A stretch of DNA of 64,000 bases from contig MU053513.1 in NCBI GenBank assembly GCA_013239625.1, positions 1,166,927 through 1,230,926 on the forward strand. The letters run 5' to 3'. Source of the DNA: Lama guanicoe. Lineage: Eukaryota. The notes under the pieces were generated by a model. The model saw only the letters and a program-made list of their open reading frames with translations. It made no database searches and had not been told where the DNA came from. This document shows, piece by piece, positions 12,925 to 22,967 of the stretch (position 1 is its first letter; every line of letters starts with the position of its first letter). A program made the position numbers and the translations under genes.

Positions 12925-13023
12925 ATAGCAACTTTGATATGCACTGAGAAACCAAAAAAATCCATGTGATTCACTTTATTGTGAGATTCACTTTATTGTA
13001 TTGCTCTGGAACAAAACCTGCAA
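12925..13023. mobile_element. Tigger1 right-end fragment
   Basis: tgcactgagaaaccaaaaaa...cactttattg...ctggaac...atatccaaggtatgcctg followed by TA; same motifs as 50990-51094. Confidence 0.75.
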
Positions 13024-16002
13024 TATATCCAAGGTATGCCTGTATAAATGTAATCTAACATATTAACAGATTCAAGGGAAAGAAAAACTTATGCTTCTCT
13101 CAGTAGAGAGATTTTCACATGACAGTACATGGATAACTTCCTGACAATTAATTTGATCTCCACAGAGGTGGAAACAATGAATTTTATGGCTCAGGAAAAA
13201 AAATGTATAGCATATCTAAAGAATAACAAGGAAACAGAGTACTTCAGCAACATTACAGATCAAATGAACCTGACAGAGATATACATAAGAGTCCATCCAA
13301 CAACAACAGAAGATACATTTTTCTCAAGCACACAGGGAACATTCTCTATGACAGACCACAAGTCAGGTCACAAAACAAATATTAACAAATTTAAGAAGAT
13401 TCAAATCATACTAAGTATCTTTTCTAAACACAATGATATGAAACTAGAAATCAACAGCAGAAGGAAATCCAGAAAACATGAGAATTAACCAAAACACTCT
13501 TGAATAACTAATAGGGCAAAGAAATAATCAAAAAAGGAAATTAGATAATATTTTGAAACAAATGAAAATTTAGAACACAACATACCAAAAATAATAGGAT
13601 GCAGCAAAAGCAGTAACAAGAGGGAATTTTATCATGATAAGTGACTACATTAAAAAGAACACCTTAAGTAAATAATCTAGCTTTAAAGCTCAAGCAGCCA
13701 AAGAAGGGGGGGGAAACATACAAAGTTAGTGGGAGGCAGAAAATTTAAAAAGATTAGAAAAGAAATAAATGAAATAAAGGATAGACAAAAACAAATAAAA
13801 CTGAGGGTCTTTTTAATTAACAAAATGACAAATGTCTAGCTAGACAAAAGACTAAAAGGAACAAAATCAGAAATGAAAGAAGAGATATTACAACTTATGC
13901 CACAGAAATAAAAAGGATTGAGACTATCATGAATAATTATACATCAACAAATTGGACAACCTAGAAGAAATGAATACATTCCTCAAAACATAGAACCTAC
14001 CAAAACTGAATCATGAAGACAGAGAAAATCTAAAACAAATTAATAACCAATAAAGGGATTAAATCAGCCATCAAAACCTCCCAATAAACAAAAGCCCAGA
14101 ATCAGATAGCTTCACTGGTAAATTCTATCAAATATTTAAAGAAGAATCAATCCCAATTGTTTAAATCTTCCAAAAACTTGAAATAGAGGTGGGAACACTT
14201 CCAAACTTACTTTATGAAGCCCATATTTCCCTTATACCAAAGACAGACAAAGATACTATAAGAAAAAAAAGAAAAAGATAGACCAATTTCCTTGATGATT
14301 ATAAAGGCAAAAATCCTCAACAAAATACCATCAAACCAAATTCAGATCACATTAAAAGGATAATACACTGTGACCAAGTGGGATTTATCCCTGGGATGCA
14401 AAGATGGTTCAACATACAAAAATCAATAAATGTAATACAGCAATAACAGAATGAAGGATAAATATCACCTCATTATCTCAATAGATGCAGAGAAAGCATG
14501 TGACAAAATTCAACACCATTTTACCATAAAAATTCTCAACAAAGAACAGAAGGAAATTAGTTCAACATAGTAAGTTCATATATTAAAGCATATAACTCTT
14601 CCTCTCTTCCTCTGAGATCTGGAATAAGGCAAGATTGTTCACTCATACTACTTCTATTCAACACAGTACTACAAGTCCTAACCAGAGCAATTAGGCATGA
14701 AAAATAATAATAAAAACTATCCAAATCAGACAGGAAGAAATAAAATTATGTCTATTCACAGATGACATGATCTTCAATGTGAAAAGCCCTAAGGATTACA
14801 CACACACACACACACAAACTTGTTAGAACTAATAAGTAGGTTCAATCAAGTTGCAGGATACAAATCAACATACAAAAATCAGTTGCATTTCTGCACACTA
14901 AAAATATACTGACTGAAAATGTAATTAGGAAAACAATTCCCATTTACAATAGCACTAAAATTAATAAAACACTTAGAAACAATAAGGAGGCAAAAAGACT
15001 TGTACTGAAAACTATAAAACACTGTGGAAAGAAACTAACAAAGATAAAGGAAAGACATCATATGTTAATGGACTGGAAGACTTAAAATTGTTAAAATATC
15101 CATACTACCAAAAGTGATATACAGTTTCAATGTGAACTCTATCAAAATCCCAATAGCATAGAATAAACAATCTTAAAATTCATATGAGACCACAAAGGAT
15201 CTCAAATAGACAAAACACACTTGAGAAAGAAGATAAAAGCCAGAATCCTCACATTTCTTATTTCTAAACATATTACAAAACTATAGCAATTCGAAAGGTA
15301 TGATACTTGGCATAAAGACAAATATATAAATGAACAAAACAGAATAAAGATCCCCAAAGAAACCCATGCATATACACTCAATACTGATCTTTAACAAGGG
15401 TGCCAGGAATACAAAATTGAGAAAGGACAGTCCCTTTAACAAATGGTGTTAGGAAAACTAGACAGCCAGATGAAAAAGAATAAAATTGAATTCTTATCTT
15501 AGACCACACACAAATAGCTCAAAATTGATTAACGGCTTAAATGTAAGACCTAAAACTATAAAAATCCTAGAAGAAAACAGAGGAAGAAAGCTTCATAACA
15601 CTGTTCTAAGCAATGGTTTCACAGATATGACACCAAAGCACAGGTAACAAAACCAGAAATAGACAAGAGGAACTAGATCAAAGTAAAAACTTTCTGCACA
15701 GCAAAGGAAACAATCAGTAGAGTGAAAAGTCAACCTAAGGAATCGGAGAATATATTTGCAAACCATGTATCCCATAAGGGCTTAATACCCAGAATATATA
15801 AAGAACTCATACAACTCAACAGCAAACAGAACGAAACCTGGTAAAAAAAAAAAAAACAAGCAAAGGACTTGAATAGACATTTCTCCAAAGACATACAGAT
15901 GGCCCACAGGTATATAAAGAGATGGTAAACATCACTAATCATCAGAGAAATGTAAATCAAACCACAGTAAGATATCGCCTCACATCTGTTAGGATGACTG
16001 TT

Positions 16003-16352
16003 GAAAGAAAGAAAGAGAGAGAAGAAAGAGAAAGAAAGAAAGAAAGAANNNNNNNNNNNNNNNNNNNNNNNNNNNNNNNNNNNNNNNNNNNNNNNNNNNN
16101 NNNNNNNNNNNNNNNNNNNNNNNNNNNNNNNNNNNNNNNNNNNNNNNNNNNNNNNNNNNNNNNNNNNNNNAAGGAAGGAAGGAAGGAAGGAAGGAAGGAA
16201 GGAAGGAAGGAAGGAAGGAAGGGAAAGGAAAGAAAGAAGGAAGAAAGAAAGAAAGGAAAGGAAAGGAAAGAAAGGAGGGAGGAAGAAAAAGGAAGGAGGG
16301 AGGAAGAAAAAGGAAGGAGGGAGGAAGAAAAAGGAAGGAGGGGGGAAGGAAG
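16003..16352. repeat. (GAAA)n/(GGAA)n purine-rich repeat spanning a 122-N assembly gap (16049-16170)
   Basis: Visible directly; includes ~3 copies of aaaggaaggagggaggaagaa. Confidence 0.95.
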
Positions 16353-16969
16353 GACATAAAATTTATTTGGGTTTTTTGTTTTTGTTTTTGTTTTTTACAG
16401 TTGAGTTGTAGGAGTTCCTTATATATTTTGAGTATTAGCTCATTATCAGAAATATGCTTTGCAGTCAAGAATGCACAAGTGTTCCAAGGATGTGGAGAAA
16501 TCAGAACACTGGTTCCCTGTTGGAGGGAAGGTAAAATGTTCCACTCACTTTGGAAATAGTATGGAAGTTCTGCAGAAAATTAAACTAACATATAATACAG
16601 CAACCCCACTTCTGGGTACTTATCCTTAAAAAATTAAGGTTTCCAAAGAGATATTTACACTTCCATGTTCACTGAAGTGCTATTCACAACAACCAAGATG
16701 TGGAAACAATCTATGTCCACAAATAGATCGATGGTTTTTTTCAATGTAAGAGAGACATAAAGATATATAGATAAAAAGATCGATATATACTTACACAAAG
16801 GGATGTTAGTCATTAAAAATAAAAAGAAATTCTGCCATTTGCAACAATATCAATGGACTTTGAGGATTTTATGATAAGTGAAATAAGTCATACAGAGAAA
16901 GACAAATACTACACGGTCTCATTCATATGTGGAATCTAGAAAAACCAAACTCACAGAAATAAAAAACAG

Positions 16970-17356
16970 GACAGAAATAGACTCATGGACAGAGAATACA
17001 GACTTGTGGTTGCCAGGGGGGTGGAGGGTGGGAAGGGATAGACTGGGATTTCAAAATAGATAAACAAAATTACACTGTATAACACAGGGAAATATACACA
17101 AAATGTTATGATAACTCACAGAGAAAAAAAGGGGACAATGAGTGTGTATATGTCCATGAATGACTGAAAAATTGTGCTGAACACTGGAATTTGACACAAC
17201 ATTGTTAAGTGATTATAAATCAATAAAAAATGTTAAAAAAAACAAAAAAACACAAAAATACTTCAGTAATACCATTTAGAAAATAGTTTTGTATGTTAAT
17301 AGGAATACCTAGAGGATCTTAAAGAAAAATAAAATTTTTACAGAAGGGAAAAAAAA
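16970..17356 (+). mobile_element. Young 5'-truncated L1 3'UTR insertion carrying a probable 3' transduction
   Basis: 16970-17235 closely resembles L1 3'UTR 3072-3345; TSD AGAAA(T/G)AAAAAACAG at 16955-16969 and 17357-17371. Confidence 0.85.
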
Positions 17357-17519
17357 AGAAAGAAAAAACAGATGGTTGTTGCCAGAGTAGGGGGTGGGGG
17401 TGGTAAATGGTTGAAGGTGGTCAAAAGGTACAAACCTCCATTTGTAAGATAAGTAAGTTCTGATGCTGTAATGCACAGCCTGGTGACACAACTGATTACG
17501 CAGTCTTGAGGACAAGTGA

Positions 17520-18620
17520 ATAGTGCTATAGAAAAATTTAATTAAATCATAACATCTTCATAATCTCATAATAGCCTCAAAACTAAATTCCAGTTGATGT
17601 GAAGCCCTAAATGTGAAAAGTATTAGAAGGAAATACTGAAGAGTATCATTATGACCTTTGAATTGGGAAAGATTTCTAAAATAAGATACTAAAAGTACAA
17701 ACTATAAAGGAAAGAAGGATAAATTTGACTACATTAAGAAATTTAAGAAAACTTAAATTTTTCTTACAATAGAAGATACAACAAATGCATACAAATACAA
17801 ATAAATGCAGTTTAAAAATCCATATATCCTACAAAGATTATCCAACATACGTAAAGAGTTTCTATTAAAAAATAAGGAAACCACAAACAACCTAATAGAA
17901 AAGTAGTCAAAGTATGTGCTGAGGAAATTCACAGATGAAGTAACTCAAATGTGCTATAAACATATGAAAAAATGTTCAACCATGCTAGTGACAAGGAACT
18001 GTATGTGAAACAATATTGGGGTATCATTTCATAACAAACAAAAATCCAGTGATACTAACAGTTGACTAGAACATAGAGATTCAAGAACATTTCCATTGTC
18101 CTGGTAGGCATGCATCATTTCGGAGCAAATATATTCATAACCTCATTGTTTATGGTGACATTAGAAGATTCGATACACAAATTTTGGCATATTACAATTT
18201 GTATATCATACAATGAAATACTAAAGAGCATTGAAATGGCTAAACTAGGCTTATTTGTATCAATGTGAATACAACTCAAAGAATTAATCTTGACTGGAAA
18301 AAAGCAAGTTGAGAGTGAGACTCTTGGTGAAGTACCATTTATAAATAGTTAACACAGATAGCAACACTAGAGTTCATATTTAGAGACATACATAGAGTAA
18401 AAGCATAAAATAAGCATTTTCTGGATAGTGTTTCCCTCCAGAAAAGAAGGAAGAAAAGAGAAAAGAAGGTAAGAGAGACTCAGATCATTTCAACATTATC
18501 CAAAATGCTTTTGTTCTTAAGGAAAGAAATCATTTCAAAAATCTGATAGAACTGCATAAGATTACCCACAGTTCATTTATTCTCCATAGTTCCCTGTGAA
18601 ATATTGAAATCCTCATTAAA
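17520..18620 (+). mobile_element. Very old L1 (L1ME-like) 3' fragment
   Basis: Decayed L1 3' motifs (gggaaagatttc, aaacatatgaaaaaatgttcaacc, catacaatgaaatacta). Confidence 0.65.
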
Positions 18621-18754
18621 AAACAAAACCAATGAAAGAGAGAAGTATGATCATTAGCAGGATTTGCACACTGCAACTCTTTTTAAGAGAAAGAAAACCA
18701 GGCAAGTTTCTTCACATGCAGCTAGGAAACACTGGATGGCAGGAAGTCACTTAC

Positions 18755-18875
18755 CAGTTTTTAAGATTTGGATGGGACTTAAGTGGAGTATTCAGCTGCT
18801 CTGTCTGATTTGTGAAACAGCCACAGTTTGGAGACAGAAAGTTCTGCCGAGATCAGTGGCTTCCCATCAGAAAGA
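18755..18875 (-). other. IFI44L: IFI44L non-coding exon 1 (5'UTR); 5' boundary approximate
   Basis: Strong donor ACTG|gtaagt at 18755/18754 next to the ISRE cluster; agaactttctgtctccaaactgtggctg...aaatcagacaga resembles the human IFI44L 5'UTR as I recall it. Confidence 0.75.
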
Positions 18876-18877
18876 AA

Positions 18878-18973
18878 GGAAAGTGAAACTGAAATCCAAA
18901 GCCGCAATCAGGAAACAGCAATTTGATTGCTGTTAAGTTTCTTTTTCCTTACAGTCATTAAGTTTCTTTTTCC
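18878..18973. promoter_or_regulatory. IFI44L promoter ISRE cluster: GGAAAGTGAAACT (18878-18890, extended by GAAATC) and AGTTTCTTTTTCC twice (18936-18948, 18961-18973)
   Basis: All three match the ISRE consensus GAAANNGAAACT; immediately 5' of exon 1 of a known ISG. Confidence 0.85.
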
Positions 18974-19109
18974 ATAGGAAAAAAGAGAGAAAACAAGACA
19001 AGAGAGATTCCTGCTGAGCACATGAAAATCATCTTTGGTCTTCTCAATATCCGACATCTAGACACGTGTGAAATGGCAATTATTAATTTAAAATTACAAT
19101 AAAACTAAC

Positions 19110-19340
19110 AGCTAACATTTCTTGTGCAGTTAACTATGTATTTGGCACTGTGCAACTACATGCATTTTCCTAGTTTCTGCTCAAAGCAATCTCATACAGT
19201 CAACAGTATTAGTAAGTAGCCTTATTTCTCAAAGTGTGAAAATGAAACTTAAGGACATTAAGAGACTTTGCCCAGAGCAATTCAGCTGATAGAGTGATGT
19301 AGTTAGCTGCTATTCAAAACCCAGTCTTTCCACCCTGGAA
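19110..19340 (-). mobile_element. MIR fragment
   Basis: agctaacatt...actatgtatttggcactgtgc...aaatgaaacttaagg...ttcaaaacccagtct. Confidence 0.6.
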
Positions 19341-19394
19341 CAAACAGATGGTGATTTGACTTTTCCTGAAAGGGCAGTGCACAGCATCTTTCTC

Positions 19395-19865
19395 ATTTAT
19401 ACATTCATTTATTCAACATTGGCTTAGACCCTGGGGAAGATAACACTGAGTAAGATAAAATCACTGCCCTCAGGGACCATGCCATGTACTCATGGAGACG
19501 ATACACAGACATGTTAGTGTGCTAAGTGCTACAAGAGGAAGAATAACAAGATTCTCTGGGGACCAGGATAACTGTGACCTCACCCAAGCTTAGGGCACTT
19601 AGCTTGCCAAAAGATTGACATTTAGACTGAGACGTGAATTACAAGGAAGATGTGGAGCAGGAGAAAGTAGAGTGTTATCAGAGAACTTCCAAGAGTTTTA
19701 GTCTGACCGGAAGGGAGTGACAGTATCAGACTGGCAGGCAGTGAGGCTAGGGAGGTGACCAGGATTTTTTAAATCTTATTTAAGCTGGATTTGTATCAGG
19801 AAGACAATATTAACACTCTAAAAGCAGGGGAATGGCATGATCCAAACTGAATTATCTTAGAAAGA
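19395..19865 (-). mobile_element. L2 fragment
   Basis: cattcatttattcaacatt...cactgccctcaggga...aagcaggggaatggcatgatc. Confidence 0.6.
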
Positions 19866-19971
19866 AAAGTACATTTGTATTTTCTTGTTTTGTAACAAAT
19901 ACCATAAACTTAGAGACTTTAAAACAACCCATATTTATTATTGCATAGTTTCCAGAAATCAGAAGACCAAG

Positions 19972-20070
19972 GGAGGGGGCAGGTAGGTATAGCTCAGTGG
20001 TAGAGTATGTGTTAGCATGTGTGAGGTCCTGGGTTCAATCCCCAGTACCTCCATTAAAAAAGAGAGAGAA
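19972..20070 (+). mobile_element. tRNA(Ala)-derived SINE, Vic-1-like (camelid)
   Basis: A box TAGCTCAGTGG (19990-20000), B box GGTTCAATCCC (20032-20042), ends agtacctccattaaaaaa. Confidence 0.8.
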
Positions 20071-20216
20071 AGGAGGCTAGCATGGCTCAACTGGATTCTC
20101 TGCTCAGGGAACCTTACTCAAGGGGGTTGGCCTGCGATGGTCTCATCCTTCTCTGGGAGAGCTCTTTCAAATAATGGCGAAATTCAGTTCCATGCAAGTA
20201 TAACACTGAGGTCCCC

Positions 20217-20818
20217 ACAGAATAGAGTGCCCAGGAATGAACCCACAAACTTCTGGTCAACTCATCTTCGACAAAGGAGGCAAGAACAGACAATGGAATA
20301 AAGACAGTCTCTTCAGCAAGTGGTGTTGGGAAAACTGGACAGCAGCATGTAAAACAATGAAGTTAGAATGCTCCCTCACACCATACACAAAAGTAAACTC
20401 AGAAAGGCTTAAAGAGTTAAACGTAAGACAAGACGCTATAAACCTCTTAGAAGAAAACATAGGCAAACATTATCTGACATAAATCTCAACAGTGCTCTCC
20501 TAGGGCAGTCTACCCAGGCAATAGAAATAAAAGCAACAATTAACAGATGGGACCTAACTAAACTTATAAGGGATAAAATGAGAGTTCAAGATTTGCAGAT
20601 ACTGACTAACATATATAAAATAGATAAACAACAAATTCATACTGTACAGCACAGGGAACTGTATTCAATATCTTGTGGTAACTTATGGTGAAAAAGAATA
20701 CGAAAACAAATAGATGTATGTTCATGTATGACTGATGCCTTACGCTGTACACCAGAAACTGACACAACATTGTAAACTGACTATACTTCAATAAATACAT
20801 ATTAAAAAAAAAAAAAAG
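20217..20818 (+). mobile_element. Young 5'-truncated and internally deleted L1
   Basis: ORF2 piece 20237-20482 ([25 protein letters not shown]) joined at 20570/20571 to 3'UTR and poly(A); TSD ACTGAGGTCCCC at 20205-20216 and 20819-20830. Confidence 0.9.
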
Positions 20819-21254
20819 ACTGAGGTCCCCTTTCCTTTGCTGGCTGCCAGCTACTCTCAGCTCCAAGAACTACACCCCATTTCTTGCCCATCATCTTTCA
20901 CTCATCTGAGGCTTACACAACATGGCCACAAAAGAATCCTCCAAGACCAGCAGCAGAACCTCCCTTGTGCCAAATCTTCTTCAGAAAAAAGCCCCTTTCT
21001 TTTAAGGGTTTACTGGTTGCATCAAGCCCATTGAAGATAATCTCTCTTTTAAAGCCAATAAATTAATCATGGACGTGTTCTCTCATCATTTTCACTTGAC
21101 GGGGGGGAGTTGCACAAGGATGTAGGTCATGGCAGTGGGGACTGGGTGACCATCATAGACTTCTATCACAAAGGGCAAGACTGAGATCAAAGAGACCACT
21201 TTTTAGCCTTTTCCATTTAGTTATTTATTCAGCCATTCACGTATCTATCCTTTC

Positions 21255-21490
21255 TTTCTTTCTTTGGACATATAGTTGATCTACAATACTGTGGTAGTTT
21301 CAGGTGCACAATATAGTGATTCAGTATTTTTGCAAATTATAATCTATTGTAGGTTATTTTAAGATAATGGGCGTAATTCCCTGTGCTGTACAGTAAATCC
21401 TTGTTGTATATCTATTTGTTACATAGTAGTTTGTATCTGTTAATCCCATACCCTGAATTTGTCCGTCCCCCTACCCTCTCCCCTGTGGTC
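21255..21490 (-). mobile_element. L1 3'UTR fragment
   Basis: atatagttgatctacaat...tttcaggtgcacaatatagtgattcagt...ccctgtgctgtacagtaaatcc. Confidence 0.75.
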
Positions 21491-22126
21491 TCCTTTTTCA
21501 CGCTTCCAGTTCGTCTGTAGCCTTTTCCTGGTACAGACACAGGAGGGACTCTTTTTTCGCTGTACTGTCTGGCTTTGAACACTTTATTTTCTTTCCACTC
21601 ATTTTGCTTTTTCTCATCACATGTTTCCTTTCTTTTCGATTTTCTGTCTCCTCAACGTTTTTCCTTCCTTGACTTTCTTCCTTGCTCTCTGGGGTTTGCC
21701 TCCACTTTTGTTTGTTATTCCTTAGCTGCTTAATATACATTTGAAGAATGAATTAAATGAAACAGATGAATGGGGTCTTAGAAACCCCAGCATTAAAGAA
21801 GAGCCTGGTCATGACCATTTTGACCCATTTTCTAAAGAGAAAGTAGAACATATTCAAAGAAAAATGTCTCTGAGAAAATAAAAGTAACGCAAAAAAATTT
21901 TTCCTTATGATTAAGTAATTTTCTTTCCTTATGGTTAAACATTTAACTTCATTTATTGATTTCTTATTATCTTTATTGTAGATGAACAGTGAATTAATTT
22001 AAACATGATACTCAGGAAGAACAGCCTACAATACTGAATGTAATTCCAAATTTGGGCTACGATCCACTCCTCTAGGCATCTACCAGGAAGATATGCTTCC
22101 AACAGTGCAAAAATACACATCCACAG

Positions 22127-22967
22127 GGTTATTCACTGCAGCATTCTTTATAATTGTGAAATGTTGGAAACAACGTCAATGCCTATATATAGGAGATCAG
22201 CTGAAGAAACTGTACATTACACAATGGAGAAATACGCAGCTATAAAAAGATCTCTGTGAACCAATATAAAGTAATTTCCAGAATATACTATTATGTGAGG
22301 GAAGTAAGTGCAAAAGTGAGTATCTATAGTCATGTGCCTTTCATGTAAGAAAAAATATAAGAAAATATACATGTATCCACTCATTCACGCAAAAGAAATG
22401 CTGTCAGCCTTCCATATGTTGAGGTTCCACATCTGCAGATTCAACCAAATGCAGATTGAAAATATTCAGGAAAAAAATTCCAGAGAGTTCCAAAAAACAA
22501 AACTTGAATTCACCACACACCAGAAACATGGTGTTTACATTGTTATTTACTACTATTTACATAGCATTTACATGGTATTGGGTATTATAAAGAATCAAGA
22601 TAAGATTAAAGTATTTGGGAGAATGTGCATAGGTAATATACAAATACTATTCCATTTTATATACGGGACATGAGCATCCGTGGATTTTGGTACCTACATG
22701 TGGTCTTGGAACCAATCCCCCCAGGGATACCAAGGGATGGCTGCACAAGAATGATAAACCAGAAACTCAAGTGATTGGTTACTAACTAGTGAGAAAGGAG
22801 TAGGGTAAAATGGGGACAGAGAAAGGAGGAGTAGGTTGAGGAGGGCACATCACTTCTCTAAGTATATCCTTTTGAATGGATAAAACATACTCTCAGAACT
22901 ATAATGTTTCATGTACCAGAACAAATAAATAAACAATTCAAATCAATCAAGAGGCAGGAAGAACCCA
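22127..22967 (+). repeat. Local duplication copy A (direct repeat of 31813-32631)
   Basis: Base-by-base alignment with copy B, including the same MER2/L1 junctions. Confidence 0.95.
22401..22743. mobile_element. MER2-like (TcMar-Tigger) MITE
   Basis: Ends ctgtcagccttccatat... and ...ggaaccaatccccccagggataccaagggatggctg. Confidence 0.8.

Larger units (their letters stand above)
11250..17495 (+). mobile_element. Old, long, degenerate L1 (L1MA-like; ORF1, ORF2, 3'UTR remnants) filling most of IFI44L intron 1, with nested insertions
   Basis: ORF1-like 11260-12030; endonuclease remnants (ttaaatgtaaatggactaaac; TFFSSTQGTFSMTDH); RT region ~14370-15000; 3'UTR ggtcaaaaggtacaaacctcc; many stops. Confidence 0.88.
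19876..21170 (-). mobile_element. MaLR LTR (MLT1-type), interrupted by a SINE and an L1
   Basis: tgta...gtaacaaataccataaacttag...aaaacaacccatatttatt...attcagttcc...actgaggtcccc...tatcaca. Confidence 0.7.

Noticed and set aside
15922..16468. Long K/E/R-rich and F/L/P-rich ORFs
   Set aside because: Translations of GAAA/GGAA repeats across an N gap.
1..18620. Nearly all L1s in IFI44L introns are antisense to the gene
   Set aside because: A well-known genome-wide orientation bias.
18970..18980. TTCCATAGGAA as a GAS element
   Set aside because: Spacing is TTC-N5-GAA rather than the STAT1 TTC-N3-GAA.
19985..20053. tRNA-Ala gene
   Set aside because: Anticodon-stem mismatches, G-rich leader, A-rich tail and position inside an LTR indicate a SINE.
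22332..22673. Paired similar ORFs (with 32062..32337) suggesting a duplicated gene
   Set aside because: Chance frames through the duplicated MER2/L1 segment; no recognisable protein.
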